This document shows, piece by piece, positions 1-16,964 of a stretch of DNA of 64,000 bases. Every line of letters begins with the position of its first letter. The stretch's first letter is position 1. The position numbers were made by a program, and so were the translations under genes. Source of the DNA: the human T2T-CHM13v2.0 reference genome, Homo sapiens; assembly GCF_009914755.1 (NCBI RefSeq), contig NC_060932.1, one strand, 5' to 3'. The notes under the pieces are model-generated. The model saw only the letters and a list, made by a program, of their open reading frames with translations. It did no database searches and was not told the origin of the DNA.

Positions 1-115
<115 letters not shown>

Positions 116-1779
116 TAAGTTGTGTGATTTATGTGTGATTTTTTAAAAGTTATACATAGATAAGTAACACAGAAAAGATAACTAAGTAAATGCTTAGAAT
201 TAAGCATCTCATTGCTTGGAACGCTTGAACCTCACCAGTATCACTAATACTGGTTTACAGATGATGGGAGAAGCTACATTGCTTGTGATGCTGACATACT
301 TGTTACTTGAATCATGTAGTTTTAGTGGAAACAATGCTTGTCTTTTGCTGCCCACATTTTCCTGGTCTGGGTTGAATTGGGTTTTACTATGAGTGAAGAA
401 AACTAGTAGAACATTTGAGAATAAGGAACTGTGTTTCTCCATGTTCGGCTATAAGAATTTCTGGTGCTATCAGATGATTAGATACCAGATACCATTTATA
501 ATTCAACACTCATAAGAGACGCAAAAAAGACTGAAAGATAATGCATACTTGCATGTGCTTAGTAATTTGTCCATTTCTTTAAAAAATTCTATTAACTATC
601 TACCTATGATTAGAAAAAAAGTTATGTTTATTATAGAAAATGTAGAGAATACAAATGTTTCTAAAGGGAGACTTTTTTTCTTGCAATATCACCCATAAAT
701 AGCCATTGTTATTCCTTTGAAATTAAGTATTAACTAAAGTTTTTAAAGTATTGGTACACATATACACAATCAGGTACCCACAAAATGAGAGCATGCTCTG
801 TATGCTACTTTTTAATAACATACCATGCATATACTTGCAAGACATGGGCTTTTCTTGTGCAAATCATTTCCATCAATGGTTTAGTATTTCCTTATCATAT
901 TTACCTTGAATTGTTTAACCACTTAATTAATTGAGATAATTTGTACAAACTATTTAGCATAATATATCAAAATTATTGTTTAAATTTTACTTGTATCATT
1001 TGTCAATCATGATAAGCAACTTCATTAGTTTTAAAGCAAATGAAATTTAGCACTTCAAAAATAAGATTTTTTAAATTTTAACTACCTATTAAAAGTACAT
1101 GCAGTATTCTTCCCTGCCTTAAATATATTTTAATATGTAAAAATACATATTTATATGTAATATGTTTATATGTTATATATATTCAGGAATAGCTGGATGT
1201 ACTTCTGCAGTGTTAAGTATCTTAAGAGTCAAAGTGCAGTGCAGTGGGCTGGGTTCTCCCTAGTGAGTCTCTTCAAGGCAGTGCGAATTCATTAAATTAG
1301 ATGCTTTAGCTTCTACCAATAGTTTACCAAGAGGTCTGAAAGAGTGAGCCTGACACTCACTTTTTACTAATGTAGGAAGACGGGGCTAGAGGGCAGGAAA
1401 GAAGCACAGCAATGTCTTCCCTCTAAACCTAATTATGGTCTGTTCCTCTCCCTTTATTCAACTCTGTCTAGGAGAAGACTGTCCTGCTTGCCCACCTCCT
1501 GACACTTTGAGGGCATTTAAAAGGAAGAAGACAGACTGGAAAGGAATAAGGGAGTAGTATTGAAAGCAATCATTACGTCCTCCCTAGGGCCCCCTGATTT
1601 AACCCTACAAATACTGATCTACTGATCAGAGACATTCCAACTGTTAGAGACTTTGAGGTCATCAACTTCAAAACTGAATAAATAGGAGCAAATCCTCAGT
1701 CATAGACTTAGTTGCTAGATGAGCAGAATAGCAATCTGTGTCTTCTGACTCTTCTTAGTGTTCGTTGCGCTGTGTCTAG

Positions 1780-1965
1780 AACTCTAGATTACAGGTTCAA
1801 GCCTCTCTTCCACTACTTGCTAGCTAAGTGTATAACTTCACGTCCTCATCCATAAAATGGGGATAAGAGTACCTGTGCCATGGAACTGCAAAGAATGTTG
1901 AATAAAACTAGGTTTGTAAAGAACTTAGTGAAGTATCCAGTACATAGTAAGTACCCAGTGATGTT
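1780..1965 (+). mobile_element. MIR SINE fragment
   Basis: ggttcaagcc...cctcatccataaaatggggataagagtacc...tacatagtaagtacccag resembles the MIR core; boundaries approximate. Confidence 0.65.
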
Positions 1966-3967
1966 ATATATGATGCTGTTGTCTTCTCATTTTATTATGT
2001 TTCATTGCTACTTTATTATATCAAGAGCATATTTTACATTGTATAGCATACTCATTTTTTTGAAGATGGCATACTCATTTTTAAAAAACTTGTTTGAAAT
2101 AAATGACTTTTCCTTTATGTCCTTATTCTAATGTATGAGTTCTATAAATCACTGTCATATTTTCTTACAATAGCTTCTTGGAATTTAAGTAGTATCCCAT
2201 TTTGAGGAAAAGGGAAAAATATGAGAGATAAATGCAAAAGAATTTTCTTTTGATTCTAGCTATATTTCATACTTGATAGCATCAAGGGATTTTTCAAAAG
2301 ACTTTGTAGCAGATAATTTAGTACACTTATTTTCTGTAGGAAATAGAACATCCGTCTTGTATAAACGTAATTCTTTTTTAATAGGGAATATAATGTTCTC
2401 ACCAGGGAAACATGTTTTCTAAAGATCATTTTACTAAGGGGCTTCCAACATTTGGACCAAAATGCATGTCATGGTGTTTTGTACAATTTCGATTAAGGAA
2501 AAAATAATTCTCTTAAAGATTAGAGTCAACCTTCCATAGCAGTGTTAGAAGGATAGAAAAGCCTTGCTCAGTAAGATTGAGAGGCCACTGTGAATTACTC
2601 AAAATCCAAAAGCAACAATAATTCACCATGGCCTGAAAGTTCTATGTTGTTTCAGCAGAAGTGAACTCTCATTCGTAATATATAGAAGCATGAACTTCTT
2701 CTGATTTTGTTTCAGGCTCACCAAAATATGTATTCATTCCCTTTTTCTTTCTTTGGTCAGTTATCTTTCATTTTCAAGTGAAACTTTGACAAACACTGAT
2801 AACTATGTGTTATTCAAAGGAAATGAATACAGCCCTGTACACCAAAAACTGTTTAATTAAGGATAAAGGATACATTAATTCTGTGACCTCTATCCCACAT
2901 ACATACAGATAACTTCATAGTGTATAACCTAATTTATAATAATACTTTCAAGTTTTCCGAGAGCAGAAAATCTTCATTTCTATCCCTGAATGCCTGCCTA
3001 GGTTATATTTGAGATTGCAGTGCCAGCCTCTCTGCCTTAGGCCTAAATGTAGCCTATGGCTTTCTGAAGTGTTTGAGCCCTTAGTTTTGCTCAAACTCTC
3101 CCACAGCAATTTCATAAACTGCAGATAAGTCCTGCTGTATCTACCTTCAGACTCTGTTTAATATGCCCTTGAAGTGCTGCTGACATTTGCTTTGTGATTA
3201 ACTCATCTTTTGGGAAACACTTTTGTTTCTTGGGCGTCAAGGGCTATCTATCACAATTTATTGCGTTGTATTCATTTGTTTTTGTTCCCGGCTGCGATAT
3301 CATACTCGTATTGTTATGATGTTCCCTCGCATCTTGCACTCTCTGCTTTTCATTGTTGCTATCTGATTTCTGGCTTTCTTCAGTGGAGTATCTTATTTAT
3401 GAGTGCCAAATTGGACACCCCTGACTGGTTTGCCGTGACAGCTTGCTCAAGTTTCCCATCTCTTCATAATCTTTTTTCTTTTTTTAATGTAGATTCATTG
3501 GAATGATTTCTTCTCTTATTCAGGTTTGCCTTCTGATGTATTATTCTTTTAAACCTTCATTGCATAAATACTAAAGTGAATCATTTTCTTAAAATATTTT
3601 GATACCACGTTTGACAGATCTGTTCTTTATAACTAGCTCTTTGTTGTTCTTTGATAAAGCTCCCAATAGGTAGAAATGTATTAACTCTGTATTTCTGTTA
3701 CATTAATTTTTATAAAGAATTTCATAGGTCCCTCATTGTTTTCTTTGTAACAGTAAACTAAGGAGAAAAGTTTCTGTTTTATTAAGTACCTGTATAGCTC
3801 ATAGCACAGTACAGGGCAACTTACCAAGGTTATTTCTTTTTAATTGCCACAGATACCCTGCAAAATAACTTTTAACAATGTTATCTTTCTGTGTCAGAGT
3901 AGTTAAGGAGCTTATCTAAGTTATCCACCTACAAACTGACTACTTGAAGATTCAAGGCTACGTTTAA

Positions 3968-4222
3968 GCAGGTATGGTGGCTCACACCTGTAATCCCAGC
4001 ACTTTGGGAGACTGAGGTAGGAGGATCACTTGAGTTCAGTAATTTAAGATGAGCTTGAGCAATGTAGGAAACCCTGTGTTTATGAAAAAAATAAGGTAAA
4101 ATAACCAAGCATGGTGTCACCTTGTGCCTGTAGTCCCAGCCACTTGGGAGGCTGAGATGTGAGGATCACTGGGACAGAGAGATTGAGGCTGCAGTGAGCA
4201 GTAATCAAGCCACTACACTCCA
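3968..4222 (+). mobile_element. Alu (old, AluJ-like, 3'-truncated)
   Basis: ggtggctcacacctgtaatcccagcactttggga...gaggctgcagtgagc...ccactacactcca. Confidence 0.9.
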
Positions 4223-4444
4223 ATGTTCCTTTTTCAGGCTTTACTGTGTAACGACTGTGTTCAGTTTAGAAACACTGTATTGCATGAGGTTGGGGACCAT
4301 GTTCGTCTCCAAGGATTTCTAGCCCAACATCTTTCACACTGTAGATCCTCAATATGTATTTATTGAGAGGTGTAAAGCTGTACACGACGATTATTTCAAC
4401 CAGTTTTGATTCTTACGCTTCATCTTACCTTATTTTCTGATTGA

Positions 4445-4630
<186 letters not shown>

Positions 4631-7267
4631 TGATGATTCTCAATTATATTTTCACTGTATTAACTCAATGGTAGCACATTCCAGAAACATTAAAAAAACG
4701 AAAAAATTCTAAGCCATATTTATCATTGTTAAAAAATTGATATAAGAATTATGCCTAAATCTCACTTTTCTGCATCCTTCAGTTTATCCAAAGAATATAA
4801 TAAATTTAAGATTTTCTATTTGTATTTTTCTTGATTTCAAGTAATTGTATTTCTTTGTCAGTAATCCAAAGTTGTGAGTTTTTAGGTTTAAAGTTGATCT
4901 GTGGACTTTATAACCTATTGCTATATACTTCCTTCGGGTACTTTTATAAACCATGGTTAAATCCCATCATAAGATGCATTTTAAATTCAATAATTTTAGT
5001 GACTAAAAAGTTATGTTTACACTTATTCTTTTTTGTTTGATTATTGACATCTCTTCTTATCATATGTATTTTTTAAATTTTAAATTGACACTAGCAACAA
5101 TTGAAGGAAATAACTGTCAGATCCCACATTACTAAACATAGTAAGTAACTTGCGCCTATAGCAAGAAGTGTCACTATTAGCATAAGAAGTCATGTGTTTA
5201 TCTAACAAGAGACATACATGCTTTTTATTACTAAAGAATGTAAAGTATCTTGATGTGATCACCCAAAAATTTGGCAAGAAAATTTTAAGAGGGCATTTTT
5301 ATCAGAATCAAATTTATCAAGGACATACTAGCTAGACTTTATTATAACATTACTTTCATTATTGTATGTATGATAAAAACATCTGATTTCAGAAAGCTGT
5401 CTTTTCTCTCAGATTTCTAAAACATATAGATGGATAGACAGTTAAAACCTTCCCAATAACTCATTAAATATTGTCAAACTAAAATGGGATATTGAGGCAC
5501 CAAATATCTTCTGCATTTTCATGAAGACAAAAAGGAATAATTCACATTAATAGTGCTATAAAATAGCTTAAAGCCTGAGTGAATCAAGCTGTACCTCTTC
5601 CCTTATTACAATGTCATTTAAAGAGCAAGGTTCTATCTTTGGAGCTTAGTGGTGGGGTTGGCCTATGTCTGGTTTCTGTGCTTTTTGCTTCTGAAGAGTA
5701 AAAGACAGAAATGCTCAAGTGCTTTCTCTCTCAGATGTGTATGAAATGGAAAGATATTTGGTTATTTTTTGGCACTGTAATTTTGCCACAAGAAAAAGAG
5801 ATTTCTCGTGTGGGTCACTGCAGTCACGCTTGCCAGCATCCCCAGGCTCCCCTGCCCCCCACCCTCAGCTGCATTCTAGCTACTGCACTTCAGCCTTGGA
5901 TCAACCTAACCACATCTTCTCTCTTTTTCCCTTGTAGCTGGAAAAGACTGTCATGGTTATTGAATTAGTGTCTCCCAATTGACTGTCTTCTACTGGGCCC
6001 GTATTACTACTCAGCATTTTTAAAAATGTGTCCTTGATCAGTTTTTTTTGCTCCTCAAAATTGCTTCCTATATCCCAAGATGAACTTGTTCCTACGTTAC
6101 AGACAAATTCAGCCTTTCAGACAGGAAGCCCTCGGAGTCTTCCATTTATAGCAAGGTTGAGACTCTTAGTCAAGGCAAAGACTTCACAGTTGGCTCTATT
6201 CAACTCTCCAATCCTGTCTCTTCCATCCACTCCCATTCTAAGCTCACACAAACAGAACAGCTTGGATGCTTCCAAGTGGCCAGGTGATTTCTTGAAGCAA
6301 GGCCATTTTTCAGGCTGTTCTTTCTGCTGATAATTTTCCATTTTCCCCTAAGACTCAATTCAATGCAGAAAGCCACTTAACATTTCTAGGAGTGAATTTT
6401 ATGGGGATTAAGAAGAAATGCAAAGATATATTCTTGAATGTAAATTATTTTCTTAAAGATGTTTAATAATTTCTTTATGAGAGACATTGGTCACAAAAGA
6501 AGTCTCCTCTAATATATTTACAAGTTTATAATCATTTGTATTAATTATTTGCATTGTATTCATTACATGTATTTATTAATGGTATTTTGTTAATATTGAT
6601 TTGATCACACTATCAAATAACAATAATTGGAAGGTTGTGAGAAATCTTAGCTCACTGGTTAGGATATGTTACTTTCATATTTAAATCTATATCAATGCAA
6701 ACAAAATGACAGGATGAGTGATGCTATCTCATTAATTCTGTTCTCTACAAATTCCCATCTTTCTGACTTTTTGTATATATGTCAAACTCTTATTTTTCTT
6801 GGAAAAACCAGTCCAATCATAGTTGCTCATTGACTTGATTTTTCTCTTAAGGATTTTCTTTTTTATGTGCATGTTAAATTGTTGTCATTTTAAAAAACAG
6901 AAGTGAATACTATTTGAATATTTAGAAATGTTGTAGAATAAAGGAAGGTAAGTAAGGCATATGTTTCTGGTCTTCTCATTTTGCCATTATATATGCATAT
7001 TTAGAAAGACTGACTAGACATTTGGAAGGAAAAAGAACTGATTAGTATTATAAAGGTCACTTTGCAACATCCCTTCAAACTAATTCTTAGGGAGGTGAGA
7101 AATATTCTATTGATCACAGTTTGAAAGTTAAGTTAAAAAGCAGAAAAGTGTTGAGTGGGCATTGCTCTCAGAACCAAGTTTATCAAGATTATACTAGCTA
7201 GACTTTGATCATATTTTAAAATTGCTTCCATAATTGTATATATCATACAAATGAATCTTATTCCTGA

Positions 7268-7501
<234 letters not shown>

Positions 7502-7896
7502 TGAGGTGGGATAGTGCCAGAGATATTTGTGGTTTCCAATTTTAAGTTTAAAATTAAACACAGCATTATAAATCTCATAATGATTGCTTTATCTGCATAA
7601 TTAATTATAATTGATTGTGTTTAAATGGTTACATTTTAGTATTACAGTACCGCCATCTGTTTAAAAAGTGATCTGGGGTATTTTCATTTTCATTGAGATA
7701 CAAGTTCTATCAAATTGAAATCCAAAGGTTTGAACTGTTTTCTTGGCCCTTGTGATTGCTTTAGAATATGTAATGATCATTGTGTCTGTGTCTGTATGTA
7801 TGAACTATAAATACCTATATTCTTTATTAGAAAACTTCTGTGAAAAAGCAAAAATTGTGGGTTTTATAAGGTCCATGATTGATTTTGAGGTATATT

Positions 7897-7988
7897 TATT
7901 TAGGTAACTGGATTTAGCTCTTAAAGGAAAATACCAAAATGTATTTAGGTAACTGCATTTAGGTCTTAAAAGAAAATACCAAAATGTA
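7897..7988. repeat. 45-bp tandem duplication (2 copies)
   Basis: tatttaggtaactg(g/c)atttag(c/g)tcttaaa(g/a)gaaaataccaaaatg occurs at 7897 and 7942 with 3 mismatches. Confidence 0.9.
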
Positions 7989-8624
7989 CTCGGCGTTATC
8001 TAAAATTGTAGAACACTATCCTTTGATCTACAAGTGCCACAAAAAACTAAAATTAGAATCATAATTCATAAGCAAAGCTATTATGAAGAAAATGTGAGTA
8101 TTGGCATATAAAAGAAAACTCCTGCAATGTAATTAGCTAGATGCAGGCAGAACTTTACAGGAGAAGCCTTGTATTTTCCTGTCATGGATAATGAAGTACT
8201 CATTTCTGGATTGGATTTGAGGATGCAACTATGTCCAAACCTGGAAGATGAATGGCCATTTTCTCATAAGCCAGGGCTGATGGCCTGCAAAATGCTGAAT
8301 CTACATGAAAATAACTGATCAGTTTTACTTAATGAGAAGGTCAGACCTAGCATAGCAAATTGGAAGTTATATATAGGCTCATAGGTTACTCTGGTTGATA
8401 GAAGCTTGATAAATATTTGTTGAACTGTATTATTGAATGAATGTTTAAAGTCTCATCGGAAATGATCAAATCTTTTCTCTTCTACCAGAATGTTAATAAG
8501 CAGAGAAATCGATTTGAGTTTCATTTCTTTTTATTTTCCCTGCCTACCCTCTTATAGAGGTGTTGATCAGTGAAATAATTAAAGAAAAGCAATAAATGGG
8601 CAGAAAAATCCACTAACATGCTCT

Positions 8625-9030
8625 ACCAGATATCCATTGCCACAAAATAGACCACTGCAAAACTTAGTGGCTTAAAACAATGATAATTGACTATTTGTCT
8701 TGATTCTATGGGGCGGCCGTGGGGTGGTTCCTATGAGGTTACTGACGTGGCTGCATTCTGCTGGGACCCGACTTTTGCTTCCCCTGTTCGTGGCCTCTGT
8801 TTCCATGTGGCAGGTCACCCTCCAGAGCACCTTTGCATGGCCTCTCTTTCCAGTCTCTAACGGGGTTTTCTTTTCAGTGTGTGTCTGAATTTTAAGAGGG
8901 AACATTACAAGTGATAAATGTTCTACTTAGATTGTACTTGCTAGTATCCCTTTGGACAAACCAAATCACGTGGCCAAGCCCAGGGTCAATGTGGGAAACT
9001 AAGCGGTGCGGCTCATTGGTGGCCACAACA
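8625..9030 (-). mobile_element. MLT1-type MaLR LTR (old)
   Basis: caaaacttagtggcttaaaacaa...ttggacaaaccaaatcacgtggccaagcccag hallmark segments; subfamily uncertain. Confidence 0.7.
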
Positions 9031-9560
9031 GGGCACCAAGATGTAATGGAATGATCAAATGTTAATTAGCATTTTAATGATTTGTAGCAATATATTAATT
9101 AGACACACTTGAGAATCGAATACAAAAAATAGATAATACATATTGTATCATACTTCAATAATGCAGTTTAATTTGATTTAACATCTTATCTAGAAAATCT
9201 ATAACCCTTAAAGTAATGCAACCCTTGAAGCATTTGTTTGGTAGTCATCTCATCTCTCTCATTTCTCTAAATAAGACTGGAACTGCTGTTAAAATATAGG
9301 ATAATTTTTAAGGAAATCGCCCTTAAAAATAGGATGTTTTTTATTTGGAGGGATTAAAAGATAGTTACATTACTTGGGAGACCAATGAGATGAATGATGT
9401 CCTTCCAATTTTCATATTTGTTTGATTCTAAAATAGCAGTAAATGTATTAGAATATATCTGACTATTAGGGGAACATGTAAATGATTTGTACAATTATAG
9501 ATAATTGATTCATCAGACAAGTGTCCCTCTCACAATTGTTTTATTTTGTTGTCTTATTAA

Positions 9561-9707
<147 letters not shown>

Positions 9708-9834
9708 TAACTTACTTACGATATACTTGAAGCATTTAAGTAAGATATTTTGGAATATATCCTATTTAAAAACATACATCTTTGGAACATATCTTAGAAG
9801 ATAAAACTTGAAGCTTTAAAAAGTCAGTTTGTTA

Positions 9835-10140
<306 letters not shown>

Positions 10141-10255
10141 AGAAAGAGTGTTTGTTAAACAATATAATTGTCCTTGAGTTTTTATTAGTTTCTGATGTTA
10201 ATTGTATCTCTCTTTCAAATTTTACTAATTTCAAAGAATCTAGAGGAATAAATAA

Positions 10256-10480
<225 letters not shown>

Positions 10481-10844
10481 TAGTATTCTTTTCCACTGTG
10501 CATGTGCCTACTCCCAAATATTGAAGGTCCTGTACATGTTGAAGCCACATTCTTAAGTCGTTATCACCAAACAGATGTCTGTCAAATGCATAAGTAATAA
10601 TAGCTAGTAGCTGGCAAATTCTATTTGTTAGGCATTTTATGAAGTGTTTTTGTGGACTATCTCACTTAGTCATCAAAAAAGAAAATCTCCTAAAATGGAA
10701 ATGAATATCATCATTCTTTTTTGAGTGGAGAAAACACTAAAGCCTATATAGGTTAAGGGACTTGCTCAAACTAGTTAAGTAGTAGAGTGAGGATTCAAAC
10801 CCAGGTTATAATGTGTTTCCTTGTTTGGAGTTTCAGTGTTGTTT

Positions 10845-11010
10845 AGACCTGGCCTCCAGTGTGCCTCACAGAGCAGCAGTATCAACATCACCTGAGAGCT
10901 AGACTGAAATACAGAATCTCAGCTGTACCCCAGATCTACTGAGTCAGAATTCTCATTTTAACTAGATTTGATTTGTATGCATATTAAAATTCGAGAAGCC
11001 CTGCTCTAGA
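10845..11010. mobile_element. MER5A-like hAT DNA transposon
   Basis: agcagcagtatcaacatcacctgagagc...gaaatacagaatctcag...ccccagatctactgagtcagaa...tcgagaagccctgctctaga. Confidence 0.75.
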
Positions 11011-11399
11011 AGATTCTTTTTTACTTTTACTGTATTCTAACATTGACAGTAAGGAAAGGAGCAAACTAGTAGTGTGAAAATGAGAGAGAAACAGAGAGAG
11101 AGGGAGAGAGAGATCTTTTGATAAGGACGGTTATCATTTCTGTTTCCTCAATGGAGTAAACCAGCAAATGGCTCTGTTCAGTGGCTTCTTTGCCAAGGGC
11201 GACAGAGGCAATTACATTTATGTCTGCAATTGACAAATACCTTAAATTATTGTTTCAAAACGTTTTCACAGAAGCCCATGAATCACCTCTTATATTTTCT
11301 TGGTGTCTTTCCACTCATATTATTGGTGGATGTCTCTGGATATCTTTGTTACACTATTAGGTTCCTCCCAACCAGCACAGCTGGAGAATAATTCCCTAT

Positions 11400-12228
11400 T
11401 CTGAGGTGTTTTCATTCAAAACCCTTCTGACATCCTGTATGTGTGGGGTTTTCCCCCATACCAACCAATTCCCCAAATCTCCTAACACCAACTGGGTGTC
11501 CTACAATTCAATTTAGTTGTAAAGCCAGGTGTTAGCACAGACACACAGGTTAGGGGATCAGCCCCACAAGGTTGCCCCCATTTCAGGCGCCTGTCACATG
11601 TCCCAGGCTTTCACCTGTATTTCTGACCAACTGGCTATATATTCAGCGGGTTCCCACATCCCTTCCTTGGGTTCAGTTATTTGCTAGAACAGCTCAGGGA
11701 ACCCAGAAACTTACAATCACTGGTTTATTATAAAGGATAAGAAGTGAAAAGCCTGATGAAGAGATAAATAGGGCGATGTCTGGAAGAGTGCTGAGCACCG
11801 AGCTGTGTAGTGGGAAGCTCTGTGAGGGGTTGGGGTGTGCCACCCTCCAGACACGTGGGTGTGTTCACTCACTCAGAAGCTCTCCAATTCCTGTCATTTA
11901 GGGATTTTTATGGAGGTTCCATTCCTTAGACGTGATTCATTAAATCATCAGCCATTGGTGACTAAACTTGAACTCTAGCCTCTCTCCCCTCCCCAGAGGT
12001 CCAGGGGTGGGTCTGAAAGCTCCTACCCCCTAATCGCATGGTTGGTTCCCCTGACAACCAGCCCCCATCCTGACACTAGCTGTGGGCTCACCAAGTGCCA
12101 CCTCATTCACATAAACTCCGTTATGTTCTAAAGGGGCTTGTTATAAATAACAAAAGACATTCCTGTCACCTCTATCACTCAGTAAATCACAAGGATTTAA
12201 AAGCTTTTTTTCAGGAACGGGGCCAAAT
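11400..12228. mobile_element. MER21-like LTR
   Basis: acaccaactgggtgtcctacaattcaatt...cacaggttaggggatcagccccacaag...tctgaccaactggctata motifs as recalled for MER21; boundaries approximate. Confidence 0.7.
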
Positions 12229-12231
12229 ACA

Positions 12232-12264
<33 letters not shown>

Positions 12265-12330
12265 GTGTGTGTGTGTGTGTGTGTATCTATGTGTGTGTGT
12301 GTGTGTGTATATGTGTGTGTATATATATAT
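12228..12330. repeat. Compound microsatellite (TACA)n(TG)n(TA)n
   Basis: Directly visible tandem units. Confidence 0.95.
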
Positions 12331-12364
12331 CTTTCTTTCTTCCCTTCCTTTCCTTTCCTTTCCA

Positions 12365-12668
12365 TTTTTTTTTTTTCAGAGTCTTTCTTTGTCACCCAGG
12401 CTAGAGTGCGGTAGTGTAGTGGTACTATTATAGTTTACTGCAACCTCTAATTTCTGGGCTGAAGTGATCCGCCGTCAGTTCCCTACCCCTTCCAGTAGCT
12501 GGGACTACATGCACATGCCACCATGCCCAGCTAATTTTTTAAATTTTTGATAGAGACAAGGTCTTGCCATGTTGCCCAGGCTGGTTTCAAACTCTTGAGC
12601 TTAAGTGATCCTCCCATTTGGCCTCCCTGACTGTTGGGATTACAGGCATGAGTCATGGCGCCTAGCCT
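12365..12668 (-). mobile_element. Alu (AluJ-like)
   Basis: T-tail then cagagtctttcttgtcacccaggctagagtg...gggattacaggcatgagtcatggcgcctagcc. Confidence 0.9.
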
Positions 12669-13720
12669 GTATTTCTTACTGTATATTCCCTATACACACT
12701 GATCGTATGGGGGGTACTTAGGAAAAGCTGTTTTCTCTGCACTCCTGGAAGGCCACTTGGTTGGATGCTACCCAAATCATGGGTAATATCAGAAACATCT
12801 CAACTCATTGGAGCAATAAGGTTGTTATGGTAATACATAATATTTATCCAAAACAGGACAAATCTCAGGACCTTATTCTGAGGTTTGTATTCCTAATTTG
12901 GAATAAATCAACGTTGGTGCCACATTGAAAGGTAGATTGGTTCCTATAATGCTCTGGAAATTGATTTGTAGCTATTCTAGGACTTAGTTACTTTAAGATA
13001 AATCAATATTCTACTTTTGCCTATTTAATATTTACTGTTTATGCTATTTTTGGGCTTTGTTGTTCTAAGTAAACTAATATTCTAGTTTTGTTTATTTAAT
13101 TACTATTAGGTTTCCCAGGAGTTTCTTACTTGAGATTTTAGGTATTTTTCACCAGCTGACGTACCATATGTAGGCTAAAAAACTATAGGCAGACATTTTA
13201 GATGGAAATTTTATTATAGTGAACAATGAGAAATTTTCTCAATGAGCCCTCTCTGTAAGTTGCTGTTTGGGAAACTGCAGGCACCCTGTCTGCCAAAATA
13301 AAATGATTCTTGCATCTCCTTTCTGCTTCTTCAATATGGCCTTCTTTATGGATTTTTTTCCTGCTTTAAGAAAATATTCATACAACATTCGAGGCAGTTT
13401 TAGAAATCCTGACTTTAAGTCATACATGTCTTTAATAAAAAAAATTTAGGTATAGTATTTATACTGATATAAATAGGTAGACATATGGTCCACAGATTGA
13501 AGTAGATATGCAAAGATAAGACTAGTCATGTTAGAGTGCTGAGGTTTGGATCACTCAAGCATATGCTTTTCTCGAAATGTTATTTTTTAAAATGTTAACA
13601 AGAATAGATGCTTCATTTAACACATCAGATTTAACCATCCCTTAAAGAACTCTTTAAAAATTATTTAAAGAGACACAAAATTATTTGAGGAGATTAACAA
13701 ATCCTTCATGAATTTACTGA

Positions 13721-13948
<228 letters not shown>

Positions 13949-14002
13949 TAAGATTTTTTGTTCTAAATAAAGGAACTGAAATCCTCCCTCTCCTTCACTT
14001 AA

Positions 14003-14414
<412 letters not shown>

Positions 14415-16268
14415 TGATCCTTTTGGAGCACAGTGTTAAGTTAGATGAAACCCTTGCTTAGGCAGGTGTTCATTGATATGGCAAAGACTTCACAGCATTT
14501 AAGTTTGCTGTGTCTGTGAATTCATTATTGTGAATCCAATTCAGATGGTTTTCATGACAGATGCTACTTTTTCTTAAATGTACATAATCCTCTGAAGAGT
14601 ATTCAAAGTCGTGAAATACATTATAAGAAATTTCAAATTTGGCAAGTGCCATGTTTATTTCATAAAATTTCGGGAACTGTAGAGATCAGTTTATGAATAG
14701 ATCCTCTGATATTTATGTAATTCTCATTTGGAAAGGACATCACCTTTGCAGAGGTCTTTAGGCTGAAACAAGATGGAGAGGAAGGAAGGGAGCCTTTATC
14801 CAAATTAATAAAATACATGGTAAAGAGGCAACTGCTGGCTTTTCATGGCCTGCCTACAAGGTAAATCCATCAGACTCCTACTGTATCCTCCACAGGTGTT
14901 GGATTTAGTGTTTCATACTGCTCTATATTCTATGAGAATTCAGATATCACAAGTAAGAAAAATGAGATGTAGCTTTCCTACCTTTATGTCTCTGTTTGAA
15001 TTGTTGTTTAAAATATGAATAGTTGAGATAGATGTAGCATTTCTAACATGTATTTTTAAAATTTTAGTGGGAGGAAGTAATATAGACATCTAAATGAACT
15101 ATTTTAAAAGTAATTATTTTATCTTTTGGTTTTATATTCTGAAAGTTAGCTTTTTAAAAATCTCATCATTCTGATGATGTTGTACCTCTCTATATATCTA
15201 CTGATATCTAAAATATATATTTTTAAAATGCAGTCTCTTCCCGTCTACATTATAGTATTCATGGGATCCATGTAAAAGTTTGGAACCAGGTTATTATAAT
15301 TATTTTCTCATTTTCCAGCTATTTCAAGTTTGCAGAATTACATGGATTATTCTATATATGACAGCATATGAACTAGTATTACAAATATCACTTGGATTTT
15401 ACACATGAAGAAAAAACAGTCAAGAAAGAAATGTAGCCAAGTCACCCTGCTAATGATAAAGTTAACTCTAAGTTCTAGACTAGTGATTAAATAAAAACTC
15501 ATACTCCATAGTCTGCATAAAAGGGAAGTGGAGGTGGTGAGGGAGCTCAGATAACCAGAACATATATACATTTTATGTTTCACAGAATATTATAAAATAT
15601 TGATTATGGGTATAATCAATTCTTGCAATGTCTGATTAATCAGAAATGCTACATATATATGTGTATATATATATATATCTCACATAATTAATTCTCAGGT
15701 CATTGGAAATTCTTAGTGATTGATGGTACACCTTCCCCATCAACACATATTATTACAATTGATTCAAATAGTCAAAAGAACTTACTAATTGAAAACATCA
15801 CATAAATACTTTTATCTAATGCTTTTATCAGCAAGAGCTCAGATGCTGCAAGTAACATTAATTTCTACCTTACTGAAATAACTTTTCATTTATTCATTTC
15901 TTCAGCAAGCAGTTGTCAAATATATTCTTTTTGCACTTGCCAGACTCTAAGAAACAAGTAAGAATGATATTGGATTCCTTTATGTTTTTTTGTTCTACCA
16001 AATTGAGAAAAAAAAATGTTCTGAGTGACTCTGACTAAAATATAGAAGTGTCCCACAGCAGAATGTACTGATGTATCCAGCAGGGAGTCTTTGAAGTCCA
16101 GTTACCTCACCAAGCAGGCTCCTATAGTTAGCAGAAGGAAAACCTGAAATTTCAAACAGACAAGTCAGATCACTTCACTGACAGCGCCTCCTGACTGAAG
16201 GTAGAAATTCCCTGGCAGCTACCCAGAGAACAAAATAGGAAAGTTGCCCTGTATTGTTAACTTAATGA

Positions 16269-16592
<324 letters not shown>

Positions 16593-16964
16593 TGAATGTC
16601 AAATTTAAATCAATTTTTGATATTTTCTTTACATATTTGTTAGGTACCATTTTACTGAGATGATAACATTATATAACATTTTAGAGTTTTTGAAATGGCT
16701 TAACATCCATTACCTCATTTGATCTTTGCAAACTTGTAAGTTATGTTACTGTCCCACATCTTCAAAATATAGTAACTGAGGCCTAAAGAATTAAATTATT
16801 TTCTAGTAAAAGATAGAGCTGGGCATTGAGTGCAGACCACCTAATTCTGAAGTCAAAATTTAAAATTATACTATAGTTCTTCTTTTCTTTTCTCCCAACT
16901 AAGAGAATGAAAACTCTCAATCAGAAAGTACATAGACTGTGGGCTTTTAAAAATTAATTGATTA

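Noticed and set aside
12095-12433. His/Thr- and Cys/Val-rich ORFs (also 22352-22609 and 43465-43671)
   Set aside because: Translations of dinucleotide and tetranucleotide microsatellites.
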